From positions 1 to 64,000 of the IMG/VR virus record IMGVR_UViG_3300046710_000151: a DNA stretch of 64,000 nucleotides, one strand, 5' to 3'. The notes beneath the pieces are model-generated. The model had not been told where the DNA came from. It worked only from the letters and a program-made list of their open reading frames with translations, and did no database searches. Of this stretch, positions 1 to 9,500 are shown piece by piece. Source of the stretch: a virus. Lineage: Duplodnaviria > Caudoviricetes. The position numbers and the translations under genes were made by a program. Within the stretch, counting starts at the first letter, position 1. Every line of letters begins with the position of its first letter.

Positions 1-30
1 GGTGTTTAGGTGGCCCAATATGACGTGTGA

Positions 31-100
31 GTGGTGACCTGGTGGGTGGTCAGTGGGAATTGAGAATGCGGTGGTCAGTGGTCAGTGGTGGGTGGTCACC
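31..100 (+). repeat. Clustered GTGGTCAGTGG / GGTGGGTGGTCA motifs upstream of the small terminase
   Basis: GTGGTCAGTGG at 46-56, 71-81 and 78-88; GGTGGGTGGTCA at 41-52 and 87-98; ends just before the ATG at 103. Confidence 0.7.
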
Positions 101-102
101 CT

Positions 103-777
103 ATGCCGGTGATGGGTTACCGGGAGTACGCCCGGCATCGCGGCTGCGCGCTCTCTGCCGTCCAGAAAGCCGTTGCCACCAAGCGGATCTCCGTCCTGCC
201 GTGCAAGAAGATCGATTCCGCCGCCGCGGACTTGGAATGGGAGGCCTCGACAAACCCGGCGAAAGCGCCCATGCCCCCGCAGCCGCCCGTGGTGTTGCCG
301 CTGCTGGACGGCTCGAGCAACGGCTCGAGCAACGAAGCCGCCGCGGCGGTGCCCATGAAGCGCCCGGAGTGGCCGGAATGGCCGAACTGGAAGCCCGCAC
401 TTCCCCCGAAGCTGGAGGCGCCGGCCGACAACGTGACCGGAATGGACACGTTCCTGGCGGCCAAGACCGAGCGCGAGCGCGCCGAGGCCGAAATGGCCAA
501 GATCGCGCTGCTCGAAAAACAGGGCCGGTTGATTGGTGCCGACGCCGCGCGGCAAACTTGGCGGGCCATCGGAAGAATGTTCGCCGCGGCGCGCGAACAG
601 GTGCCGGCGCAGTTGGCCGCGCAGTTGGTCGGCAAGACGGACCTCAACGAGATCGAGGCATCGGTGCGCACTGCGCTGCGCGAAGCGGATACGAGAATTG
701 CCAATGAAATCCAGGCGCGTTTTGGGGAAATGGTTACGGAGGATCGGGATCGTGGCGACCGCCGCATCGCTGGTTAG
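103..777 (+). CDS. terS: Terminase small subunit (Nu1-like)
   Basis: N-terminal wHTH-like YREYARHRGCALSAVQKAV, coiled-coil AKTERERAEAEMAKIALLEKQGRLI; directly precedes GpA-type large subunit. Confidence 0.85.
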   Translation: MPVMGYREYARHRGCALSAVQKAVATKRISVLPCKKIDSAAADLEWEASTNPAKAPMPPQPPVVLPLLDGSSNGSSNEAAAAVPMKRPEWPEWPNWKPALPPKLEAPADNVTGMDTFLAAKTERERAEAEMAKIALLEKQGRLIGADAARQTWRAIGRMFAAAREQVPAQLAAQLVGKTDLNEIEASVRTALREADTRIANEIQARFGEMVTEDRDRGDRRIAG

Positions 778-2635
778 CGCGGCCTTCGCCGAGGGCCTGC
801 GTCCCGAGCGGGACGTGCTGGTCAGCGAATGGGCCGATGCCCATCGCATCGTGGGGAAGCCTTCGCCTGAGACCGGGGAGTGGCGCACCTCGCGCGTACC
901 CTACACCCGCGAGATCATGGATAATTTCTCGCCGTCGTCCCCGGTCGAGATTACCGTGCTGATGAAAGCGGCGCAGGGGGCCGGCACGGAGATCCTGCTG
1001 AACGTGTTGGGGTGCATCATGCACCGCTATCCCAACCCGACCATGCTGGTGTTGCCGACCTCTGGCGCCGCCAAGAAATTCGTGCGTTCGCGTTTGGATC
1101 GCATGATTGAGTTGACGCCGGCCGTGCGCGGTGTCGTGGCGCGGGCGCGATCGCGGGAGAGTTCCAACACCGGATCGGTCAAGGAATTCGGCGGTACGGA
1201 ACTGATTATCCTGGGTGCCAATTCTTCGGTCGATGCGCGATCCTACCCGGCGCAGAACCTCCTGATGGACGAGGTGGACGGCTACCCGCCGGACCTCGAC
1301 CACCAAGGCAGCACCACAGACTTGCTGATTCAGCGCACGGCGGCTTATCGCGGGCGCAAAATCATGATGGTCTCGACGCCGACTCTGGAGGAAATCTCCG
1401 CGATTTCGTACTGGTATAAGGCGGGAGACCAGCGCTTGTACTTCATCCCCTGCCCGCTCTGCCAGAGGGAGCAATCCCTGATCTTTGGAGCGGATCGTGT
1501 GAAGGACGGGAGACTGGGTGGACTGCGGTGGCCCAAGGGCGAACCGGACAAGGTGCGGTACCAGTGCGAATACTGCGGCGACCATTTCGCCGAGTGGCAG
1601 AAAATCGAACCCATCGCTAAGGGAGCCTGGGAACCGCAAGCCGCCGATGTAGGGCGGGGCAAGATCCGCTCCTACCAGATCAACGCGCTCTACTATCCCT
1701 ATGGCTGGCCGGGGAACGCATGGCACAACCTGGCGGCGCAGTGGGACACGGAACACAAGGACCCGATCAAGCGCAAGACGTTCTGGAACCTGAAACTGGG
1801 CCTGCCCTATGCCGATCCCACCGAAGCCAAAGCCAGTGTCGATGTGCTGATGGTGCGCCGGGAAACCTACGGGCCTACACTGCCTGCGGGCGTGGCGCTG
1901 TTGACGGCGAATGTGGATGTCCAGGGCAACCGCCTGGAAGCGGAGTTGGTGGGATGGGGACGCGACGAGGAAAGCTGGAATATCGAGTACAAGGTGTTCC
2001 CTGGTGATCCTGGTGACGTAAAAAACCCGGTATGGAAGGAATTGGACGACTGGCTCAACGGTGAATGGTTGAGCGAACTGGGGATTAGCCTCGGAATTCG
2101 GGCCTGCTGTGTCGATGCCGGCTACCACACCGAAACTGTCCGCAAGTTTTGCAGCGAGCGCAAGAACCGGCGCATATGGGCGACCATCGGTCGCGTGGGG
2201 CAGGGCCGTCCGGTGTGGCCGACCAAGTTGAGGAAACAGACCGGTCCGCTGGTGCCTTCGGTGATGATTGGCATCGACACCATCAAGGAAGTCGTCTACA
2301 CGCGCCTGAAAATCCAGGTTCCGGGGCCGGGATTCTGCCATTTCCCCATGGAGCGGGACCGTTATTACTTCGAAATGCTCACCGCCGAGGTCCGCGTGCC
2401 GGATTACACGGGTCCAACGCCCCGTTACGAGTGGAAAAAGAAGACGCCGGGGGCGCGCAACGAAGCGCTCGACAACCGCGGCGGGGCCTACGCGGCTTTG
2501 CAGGGATTGGGCGTCACCACGGCGATCCGGTTAAACCGGGAAGTAGAACACATGCAGGCGGCGGCGGAAGCGCGACGCAATCACAGTGCCAAGCCTAAGT
2601 CGGTTTACGGCGCCAGCAAATCGAGTTATGTCTAG
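704..2635 (+). CDS. terL: Terminase large subunit, lambda GpA family
   Basis: SEWADAHR, RTSRVPYTREIMD, MKAAQGAGTE (Walker A-like), LLMDEVDGYP (Walker B), STPT, CPLC/CEYC, VDVQGNRLE, CVDAG, RNEALD; the ORF-track start at 533 is probably too long. Confidence 0.95.
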   Translation: MKSRRVLGKWLRRIGIVATAASLVSAAFAEGLRPERDVLVSEWADAHRIVGKPSPETGEWRTSRVPYTREIMDNFSPSSPVEITVLMKAAQGAGTEILLNVLGCIMHRYPNPTMLVLPTSGAAKKFVRSRLDRMIELTPAVRGVVARARSRESSNTGSVKEFGGTELIILGANSSVDARSYPAQNLLMDEVDGYPPDLDHQGSTTDLLIQRTAAYRGRKIMMVSTPTLEEISAISYWYKAGDQRLYFIPCPLCQREQSLIFGADRVKDGRLGGLRWPKGEPDKVRYQCEYCGDHFAEWQKIEPIAKGAWEPQAADVGRGKIRSYQINALYYPYGWPGNAWHNLAAQWDTEHKDPIKRKTFWNLKLGLPYADPTEAKASVDVLMVRRETYGPTLPAGVALLTANVDVQGNRLEAELVGWGRDEESWNIEYKVFPGDPGDVKNPVWKELDDWLNGEWLSELGISLGIRACCVDAGYHTETVRKFCSERKNRRIWATIGRVGQGRPVWPTKLRKQTGPLVPSVMIGIDTIKEVVYTRLKIQVPGPGFCHFPMERDRYYFEMLTAEVRVPDYTGPTPRYEWKKKTPGARNEALDNRGGAYAALQGLGVTTAIRLNREVEHMQAAAEARRNHSAKPKSVYGASKSSYV

Positions 2636-2721
2636 CCAGCGGCCGGTTTACCGGACCAGCGTATCGAGGCACGTTTGAGCGCGCCTCAATTTCAAAACAC
2701 ACACACGAAAAGGACACACAC

Positions 2722-2907
2722 ATGGAAAACAAAACGTCGTTAAAGCAACTGCCCTCCAACGATTCCCCGTTTCTGATTCGGCTGGAACTACTGAAACTCG
2801 CGGCGCACATGCAGGTAGACGGTGGTAGAGAACCCACCGCGGACTCGGTGATTGCCGAAGCCGAGAAGCTGAACCAATTCGTTTCAGGCGGGAGGGCGCG
2901 CAAATGA
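2722..2907 (+). CDS. Small hypothetical protein
   Basis: AAGGA RBS upstream; ...IRLELLKLA...VIAEAEKLNQFV pattern typical of small phage proteins. Confidence 0.6.
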   Translation: MENKTSLKQLPSNDSPFLIRLELLKLAAHMQVDGGREPTADSVIAEAEKLNQFVSGGRARK

Positions 2908-3062
2908 GATCAATCAATATTTGGCGAGTTCATCTTTCCGCGGGCATTCAGTCCTTGAGCAGCGGTTGGCGCGCGACAGGTATACAAAGGCTCTGCCGTC
3001 GCGGCATCCGCATCTCGTTTCATCGGCTCTTCGTTTGCATGGCGATTGCAGCGTAAAACAAG

Positions 3063-3272
3063 ATGGCCTACACTTCCCAGGATTTAACCAGCATCGAGCA
3101 ACTGATTGCCGGCGGCGTGGAGCGGGTGCGCTTCAGCGATGGCCGCGAGGTGCAGAACATGTCGGCGACAGACCTCATGGCCATCCGTTCGGATATTGTG
3201 CTGGCGCTGGTAGCGCAATCGCCCAAGCCATGTGTGCGGCGTATCAGGATTTATACGAACAAGGATTTCTGA
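3063..3272 (+). CDS. Head-tail joining protein, gpW-like
   Basis: MAYTSQDL..IEQLIAGGVERVRFSDGREVQ motif; located between terminase and portal as in lambda. Confidence 0.85.
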   Translation: MAYTSQDLTSIEQLIAGGVERVRFSDGREVQNMSATDLMAIRSDIVLALVAQSPKPCVRRIRIYTNKDF

Positions 3273-3430
3273 TGGCGCACTCGAAACATCCAATGCAATA
3301 CAGTCGGTTCGGCGTCAAAAGAAAGTTTCGACAAGGGGACGTGAAGATCTTCGTACAAGGTGGGAAACTCCTTGAGATCCCGAAGATTCTCAGAATAAAT
3401 AAGTCGGTAACTGTGAAAACTCCATTTTAA
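3272..3430 (+). CDS. Small basic AT-richer ORF (moron) between gpW and portal
   Basis: 52 codons (MAHSKHPMQY...), coupled by TGATG and TAATG overlaps at both ends. Confidence 0.4.
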   Translation: MAHSKHPMQYSRFGVKRKFRQGDVKIFVQGGKLLEIPKILRINKSVTVKTPF

Positions 3431-4986
3431 TGGCCACCCGCAACATCATCCCGATTACCCGCCGGCAATCCGCCCTGGTAGACCAGCACGGCCGCCCCAT
3501 GGCCAGCAGCGGATTCGATCTGACCGGCACCCAGCCGCTCTTCGACGCCAGCGGCGGCGGCCGGCGGATGCGCGGCTGGAACCCCGGCCTCACCGGCCCC
3601 AATTCGGCGCTGATCTACGCGGCGGATACCATCCGGGCACGCTGCCGGGACATGATCCGGAAGAACCCCTGGGCGGTCTCCGCGGTTCTCAAATCGACCT
3701 CGAATGTGGTAGGGGCCGGGATCAAGCCGCAGAGCCAGGCGCCGGGAGTCTACAAAGAAAAGATCCAAGACCTCTGGAACGACTCGTATCCCGAACTCGA
3801 CGCCGCCGGCCGGTGCGATTTCTACGGGCTCGAAGCGCTGGCTTGGCGGTCCGTTCTGGAGGGTGGCGAGTGCTTCATCCGTATGCGCCCGCGGCTTCCG
3901 CAAGACCGGCTGGCGGTGCCGATCCAACTTCAGGTGCTTGAGGCCGAACACCTGCCCGAGTACTACAACATGCAGCTCGAAAACGGCGCAGTGGTTCGCG
4001 CCGGAATCGAGTTCGACGCCAATATCCGGGACGCCCGAAACGCCTACTGGCTCTATCGTGAGCACCCTGGCGACCGTGCCCTGTTCCTATCCGATAACCT
4101 GATTCCAATTCGAGTGCCGGCATTCGTCAACGGGGTGGCGAACGTCATCCACATCTACCCGCTGTTGCGTCCGGGCCAGATGCGCGGGCTCCCTTGGCTC
4201 ACGCCGGTACTGGCAAGGCTCTACGAGATCGATCAGTGCGAAGACGCGGAACTGGTCAACCGGAAGATCCAAAATCTTTTCGGCGCGTTCGTCAAAAAGA
4301 ACTCGCCGGAAGATTCCGTACTGGGAGAGGACACCGACAACAACCGGGGTGCCACCACTGACCTGGAATTGCAACCTGGCACATTCCAAGTACTGCTTCC
4401 CGGCGAGGATCTGGTCTTCGCCGATCCCAAAGGGAATGCGGCCAGTGCGGAAATGTTCATCCGGGTGGCGCTGCGGGCTATCGCCGCCGGCCTGGGTCTG
4501 ACCTACGAGCAGTTGACCGGCGACATGACCGGTGTGAACTATTCGAGCGCACGTGTGGCGCTGCTGGAATTCCGGCGTCTCTGCGAGCAGTACCAGCGCC
4601 AGGTGATGATCTTCCAGTTCTGTCAGCCGTTCTGGAACGCTTGGCTCGACGCGGCGGTGATCGGTGGGGCCTTGACCTTGCCGGGGTACGCGCAGAATCC
4701 CCGTCCGTATCGACGGGTAGATTGGCACCCGCCCCGCTGGGACTGGGTGTCGCCGAAAGACGACATCGCCGCGGAGCGCGCCATGGTCGAAGCGTGCTTC
4801 AAATCGCCACAGCGGGTCATCAACGAAATGGGAGACGACCTGGAGCAGGTCTACCAGGAGATCGGTCAGGCGCAAGTCGTCGCGGGCAAGGTGGGCGTCG
4901 AGCCGATTTACGGAACGGTGCGCATCACTGAGAACATCCCGGAGCCGTCCGGCAGCAATCCGGTCGAACCGGGACAGAGGCAATAA
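3430..4986 (+). CDS. Portal protein, lambda family
   Basis: IRARCRDMIRKNPWA, LQVLEAEHL, GIEFD, RPGQMRGLPWL, GLTYEQLTGDMTGVNYSSAR, WDWVSPKDD motifs. Confidence 0.95.
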   Translation: MATRNIIPITRRQSALVDQHGRPMASSGFDLTGTQPLFDASGGGRRMRGWNPGLTGPNSALIYAADTIRARCRDMIRKNPWAVSAVLKSTSNVVGAGIKPQSQAPGVYKEKIQDLWNDSYPELDAAGRCDFYGLEALAWRSVLEGGECFIRMRPRLPQDRLAVPIQLQVLEAEHLPEYYNMQLENGAVVRAGIEFDANIRDARNAYWLYREHPGDRALFLSDNLIPIRVPAFVNGVANVIHIYPLLRPGQMRGLPWLTPVLARLYEIDQCEDAELVNRKIQNLFGAFVKKNSPEDSVLGEDTDNNRGATTDLELQPGTFQVLLPGEDLVFADPKGNAASAEMFIRVALRAIAAGLGLTYEQLTGDMTGVNYSSARVALLEFRRLCEQYQRQVMIFQFCQPFWNAWLDAAVIGGALTLPGYAQNPRPYRRVDWHPPRWDWVSPKDDIAAERAMVEACFKSPQRVINEMGDDLEQVYQEIGQAQVVAGKVGVEPIYGTVRITENIPEPSGSNPVEPGQRQ

Positions 4987-4999
4987 GGGGATTATATAC

Positions 5000-5611
5000 A
5001 TGACTACCTTGCAAGCAGCGATTGACGAAGGCAAGCGTTTGGGCAAGACGGCCCTGTATTTTGGGTGCTGGAGCGAGGCTGGTCACTACCTGCACGACGT
5101 GCAAGGGCACCATCTATATAGGAGCGATCGTGTCGCTGATTTGCCATGGGATGAAGGGCTCATGGACGCTACATTGCTTCGCAACGGAAAGGTCCTGGAT
5201 GTTCCCGATGGCCGTGTCTATTGGACATGCGGTGGCTCGAAAGCCTTCTGGTATGCCTTCTATTGGTGGGACCGGTCGATAGATACGCGCGGAGCTTGCA
5301 ATTCTGGCTTCTACGTGCGCGGATTCGGATGGCCGGAGTCGCAGGCTGCTTTTGATTATGCTTGCTCTCAATTCCCTCATATCGTAGATCGGCAGCATCA
5401 TCCGCTTGTTCTCCAGGATCACGTTACGCGCCAGAGCTTCATGGACATGGTTCGGGCGGAGGTTGCCACCAGCTTGGGTCTCGCTAATGAGTTATTGACC
5501 GGTGAAGCGACCGGTATCAATTATTCGAGTGAGCGCGCGAGGCTTCTGGAACTAAGGCACTTCTGGAGACCTTTATTCGGCCATCCGGTAGAACCGGGAC
5601 AGAGGGCATAA
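5000..5611 (+). CDS. Hypothetical protein with a C-terminal portal-derived segment
   Basis: N-terminal Trp/Tyr-rich domain; C-terminal LGLANELLTGEATGINYSSERARLLELRH resembles the portal and ends PVEPGQRA like the portal's PVEPGQRQ. Confidence 0.7.
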   Translation: MTTLQAAIDEGKRLGKTALYFGCWSEAGHYLHDVQGHHLYRSDRVADLPWDEGLMDATLLRNGKVLDVPDGRVYWTCGGSKAFWYAFYWWDRSIDTRGACNSGFYVRGFGWPESQAAFDYACSQFPHIVDRQHHPLVLQDHVTRQSFMDMVRAEVATSLGLANELLTGEATGINYSSERARLLELRHFWRPLFGHPVEPGQRA

Positions 5612-5613
5612 AC

Positions 5614-7242
5614 ATGAGTCTGATAACCACTCTCGGCATCACCGAAGGCCAGCTTTTGGCGGATATGGCTCGGGCGCAGTATTCCGGCAAGAGTCGCCGC
5701 GCAGCCATCGCCGAACGTCTCGGGCCGCGGCCTCACATGATCGAGCTAGCTGCGGTCTGCGAATCTTACGTGCCATCGAAGCCTTATGAAATGTTCGCTG
5801 GCGTGGCTGTCATCGGCATCTCGGGTGTCTTGAGCAACGACCCCTGGTACGGCGACACTTCCTACACGTCAATCTGTGACGCGTTGAATCAGGCGAATGC
5901 CGATTCGCTGGTGAAGGCCATCGTTTTGCGCATCAATTCCCCCGGCGGCGAGACGGACGGTGCTTTCGAAACCGCCCAATTACTGGCGACAGTAGCCGAA
6001 AACAAGCCGTGCCTCGCCGTGGCCGATCCTTGCGCTTTCAGTGCAGCGTACTTGCTCGCATCGCAATGTTCCGAGGTTTGGGCAGCTCCCAGCAGTGGGG
6101 GAGTCGGCTCGATTGGCGTGTATGCGGGCCATTGGGACGTGTCGGGCGCGCTGAAGCAAGCTGGCATGAAGGTGACCCTCATCTCGGCTGGAGAAGGAAA
6201 GACCGATGGTAACCCGTACGAACCCCTATCAGATTCCGCCCGCGCCGATATTCAGGCAAACGTCGATCGCTTGTACGGAGACTTCGTCGCCGCCGTTGCC
6301 CGCGGGATGGGAATTGCCGAATCGGCAGTCGTCAGGCTCGGTGCCCGTCTCTACCAAGGCGGAAAAGCTGCCCTCGGATCGGGATTAGCTGACCGCGCCG
6401 GCTCTCTCGGGGATGCCTTAGTAGAGGCGTCCAAGTTCCCGACGAGCATCAGCGCCGTGATCCGGCAACTGGGAGCCAATGCCAATCTTCAATCAGGAGG
6501 GCTTATGCCCGCGATCGCAGTACACCACACGGCCACGTCCGACGGTAGTTGGGACGCGGGCGCGAACGAGAAGCGACTACCGAGCAAAGAAGCCCCGCTG
6601 GTCGAAGCCCACGCATGGAAAGCCGCTGACGGCAACGCCGACGCCAAGGCAACCTACAAGTTTCCGCACCACGAAGTCGCCGAGAACGGAACAGTGGGCG
6701 CCGCCAACATGAGCGGCTGCACCAGCGGGTGCGGCGTGCTCAACGGTGCCATGGGCGGGGCGGATATTCCAGCCGCCGACCGTGAGGGCGTTCATGCCCA
6801 TCTGGCGGCACATCTCAAAGACGGCGGGAAAGACATTCCCGCCCTCGCAAGCTCTGCGGCAGCCGCCGCGAGAAAGGAGCCATCACCTATGGCTGAAACG
6901 CAAGCGGCGGTAGTCGTTACACCGACCCCCGCCGAAGTCGAAGCGCAGTTGGCGAGCGCCCGCGCAAGCGGGGCCGCCGAAGTCACGGCGATCCACGAAC
7001 TCTGTTACACGGCGGGAAAGCCTGCCCTGGCATACGGGTACATCGCCAAGAAATTCACGCTGGCGCAAGTCAGCGCGGATCTGTTGAAACAGCGGGTCGA
7101 GGATAGCGGACCCGAAACCGCCTCGCATATTCTGCCGGACGCCGGCACGAGCATCGAGGCAAAACCGAGTGAGAGCCCGGTAGTAAAGTTGGCCGAAGCT
7201 CGCGCCGCCGAGTTCAAAGCCACACAAGGAGGTAAAAAGTAA
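5614..7242 (+). CDS. S49 (SppA/ClpP-fold) capsid maturation protease fused to a further domain and a scaffold
   Basis: AIVLRINSPGGE, SAAYLLAS, GGVGSIGV, K-x-DGNPYEPLS; internal RBS+ATG near 6505 (GGAGG) and 6889 (AAGGAG) suggest nested products like lambda C/Nu3. Confidence 0.9.
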   Translation: MSLITTLGITEGQLLADMARAQYSGKSRRAAIAERLGPRPHMIELAAVCESYVPSKPYEMFAGVAVIGISGVLSNDPWYGDTSYTSICDALNQANADSLVKAIVLRINSPGGETDGAFETAQLLATVAENKPCLAVADPCAFSAAYLLASQCSEVWAAPSSGGVGSIGVYAGHWDVSGALKQAGMKVTLISAGEGKTDGNPYEPLSDSARADIQANVDRLYGDFVAAVARGMGIAESAVVRLGARLYQGGKAALGSGLADRAGSLGDALVEASKFPTSISAVIRQLGANANLQSGGLMPAIAVHHTATSDGSWDAGANEKRLPSKEAPLVEAHAWKAADGNADAKATYKFPHHEVAENGTVGAANMSGCTSGCGVLNGAMGGADIPAADREGVHAHLAAHLKDGGKDIPALASSAAAAARKEPSPMAETQAAVVVTPTPAEVEAQLASARASGAAEVTAIHELCYTAGKPALAYGYIAKKFTLAQVSADLLKQRVEDSGPETASHILPDAGTSIEAKPSESPVVKLAEARAAEFKATQGGKK

Positions 7243-7647
7243 ATGAGCACTCTTTCGCAAGCAAGCTTTTTAACGAGCTGGCTCAAGTTCGAGGAAGACA
7301 ACCTCTTCTGCCGGGAGCAGGTCACAGTCTACACCAGCGCGGGTCTCTTGCCGAGCGGCACCGTGTTGGGCGCTAGCGGTCCTCTGGCGTTCGGTTCGCC
7401 ATATGACGGCTCCGGCGTTGGCAACGTCGCGCCCTACGACGGCGATACCACCTACACAACGGCGGTGGGGATTCTGATTGAGCCGGTGGACGCGTCTGCC
7501 GGCCCCGTCAAGGGTGCCATGATCTGCCGCGGGCCGGCCATCGTGGATTACGACGGCCTGAATTGGGGATCGCAGGATACCGGTGACCGTACCGAAGGTG
7601 TCACCGATCTCGAAGCGCTCGGAATCATCTTCCGGGAGGGAGCATAA
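7243..7647 (+). CDS. Head decoration protein (gpD-like)
   Basis: GTVLG...YDG...AVGIL motif; located between protease and capsid. Confidence 0.8.
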   Translation: MSTLSQASFLTSWLKFEEDNLFCREQVTVYTSAGLLPSGTVLGASGPLAFGSPYDGSGVGNVAPYDGDTTYTTAVGILIEPVDASAGPVKGAMICRGPAIVDYDGLNWGSQDTGDRTEGVTDLEALGIIFREGA

Positions 7648-7651
7648 CACC

Positions 7652-8668
7652 ATGCCAATTATCAATCCGTTTGCCGGTCCTGGGTTTTCGATGGCGGCTC
7701 TGACGCTCGCCATCAACAAACTGCCCCAGCCGATGTACACGTTGCTCGGGGACCTGGGTATCTTCACCGAACAGGGCATCACTACCCGTACCGCTATCAT
7801 CGAGCAGCGCAATAACGTGCTGAACCTGTTGCCCACGCGACCCGTCGGAGCGCCGGGCACCGTTGGCACCATCGGGAAGCGCCAGGTGCGTGGGTTTGTA
7901 ATTCCCCAGATTCCGCATGACGATGCGGTAATGCCCGCCGATGTCCAGGGCATCCGTGCCTTCGGTTCCGAGAACGAAATGGAAACCGTGGGAAATCTCA
8001 TGGACGATAAACTTCAGACCATGAAGAACAAGCACACGATCACCCGGGAATGGCTTCGGGCCGGGGCCATCAACGGCATCGTCTACGACGCCGATGGTAC
8101 CACCGTGATCTACAACTATTTCACGGAGTTCGGGATCACCCAGGAGGTGCAGAATATCGTCCTGGGAACCAGCACCACAAAGACCATGGTTGGAGCCCTG
8201 GCCGTCAAGCGCTGGATCGAGTACCACCTCAAGGGCGACTCCATGACCGGAATCATGGTGCTGTGCTCCCCCGAGTTCTGGGACGCATTCACCACCCACC
8301 CGAACGTGCAGATCGCCTTCCAGTACTACCAGCAGCAGCAGAACCTTTCGGGTGACTTCCGCGCCGGCTTCAATTACGGCGGAGTGACCTGGCGGGAATA
8401 TATCGGGTCGGTCACCGACGTTAATGGCGTCGTACGCCGGTTCATCGCGGCTAACGAGGCCGTCGCTTTTCCGCTCGGGACGACGCAGACGTTTCGCATG
8501 TATTACGCCCCGGCCGACTTCAACGAGACGGCGAACACGGTCGGGTTGCCGCTCTATGCCAAGCAGGAAGAGCGGCCCATGCAGCGCGGCTGGGACATCC
8601 ATACCCAGAGCAATCCGCTTCCCGTGGTCACCCGTCCGGAAGTGCTGGTCCGCCTGACCATGACCTAA
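7652..8668 (+). CDS. Major capsid protein, lambda gpE family
   Basis: FSMAALTLAINKLP, TREWLRAGAINGIVYDADG, YYAPADFNETANTVGLPLYAK, TQSNPLPVVTRP. Confidence 0.93.
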   Translation: MPIINPFAGPGFSMAALTLAINKLPQPMYTLLGDLGIFTEQGITTRTAIIEQRNNVLNLLPTRPVGAPGTVGTIGKRQVRGFVIPQIPHDDAVMPADVQGIRAFGSENEMETVGNLMDDKLQTMKNKHTITREWLRAGAINGIVYDADGTTVIYNYFTEFGITQEVQNIVLGTSTTKTMVGALAVKRWIEYHLKGDSMTGIMVLCSPEFWDAFTTHPNVQIAFQYYQQQQNLSGDFRAGFNYGGVTWREYIGSVTDVNGVVRRFIAANEAVAFPLGTTQTFRMYYAPADFNETANTVGLPLYAKQEERPMQRGWDIHTQSNPLPVVTRPEVLVRLTMT

Positions 8669-8770
8669 ACGGATTCCGGCGCGCGGGAACGCAGGGTACA
8701 ACAGGGGGCGGGCATCGTCCGCACCCACAGACACACCCGCCCGCGCGTTGGGAATACTTCCTCCACAAAA

Positions 8771-8801
8771 GGGGCGGACTTCGTGAGCCGCCCCTCCTTT
8801 T
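8771..8801 (+). terminator. Hairpin after the capsid gene (probable intrinsic terminator/attenuator)
   Basis: GGGGCGG...CCGCCCC stem followed by TCCTTTT. Confidence 0.55.
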
Positions 8802-8804
8802 CCA

Positions 8805-9500
8805 GTGGCCACCGATCCAACTCAACAGGCGAAGTATTGGGCTGTTCCCAGGGAATGGCCCGGCGAGACTGCGTTTCTTCTCGGGGGCGGTCCATCCCTC
8901 ATTGGCTTTGACGCGGAGGTCCTGCGGGGCCGGCGTGTGATCGCCATCAACAATTCCTATTTGTCCGCTCCGTGGGCAGACGTGCTGTATTTCTGTGACG
9001 CCAAGTGGTGGAGCAGTCATCGGCTCGCGTGGATCGATCCGAAGGGCGTCGAGCAACCCGGCGCGTTGGAGTTCTTCACTGGCAGGCACCGGATCTCCCT
9101 CGGGACTTCGGAAGATGGCACGAAGCGGCTCTACAGCACCGGGCCGCGGGGCCTCGAACTGAAGCCGAACGGCTTGAAGCACGGTTCGAACTCCGGGTAC
9201 CAGGCGATAAATTTAGCAGTATTGTTCGGCGCGGCAAGGATTGTTCTACTCGGCTATGACATGCGAATCTCAGTGACGCCGGAAGGCGAGAAGCGGAGCC
9301 ACTGGCACGCCGGGCATCCGAAAACCACGCCAGACATGCAGCAGACGGCATTGCAGAAAATCTTCCTTCCACGGTTCAACGCACTGGTGGAGCCCTTGAA
9401 GGCCGCGGGAGTGGAAGTGCTGAACGCCACGCCGGGGTCGGCGCTCAAGTGCTGGCCGATGGTGGCCTTGGATGAGGTTCTGAACCCGGTAGCCGTATGA
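8805..9500 (+). CDS. MptE/DUF115-like (Maf/CstII-like fold) sugar-transfer-related protein
   Basis: AFLLGGGPSL, IAINNSY, ADVLYFCD, NSGYQAINLA, IVLLGYDM. Confidence 0.7.
   Translation: MATDPTQQAKYWAVPREWPGETAFLLGGGPSLIGFDAEVLRGRRVIAINNSYLSAPWADVLYFCDAKWWSSHRLAWIDPKGVEQPGALEFFTGRHRISLGTSEDGTKRLYSTGPRGLELKPNGLKHGSNSGYQAINLAVLFGAARIVLLGYDMRISVTPEGEKRSHWHAGHPKTTPDMQQTALQKIFLPRFNALVEPLKAAGVEVLNATPGSALKCWPMVALDEVLNPVAV

Noticed and set aside
734-2341. 535-aa minus-strand ORF and similar long antisense ORFs (4087-5046, 7625-8812)
   Set aside because: Shadow frames of terminase, portal and capsid genes caused by GC3 bias
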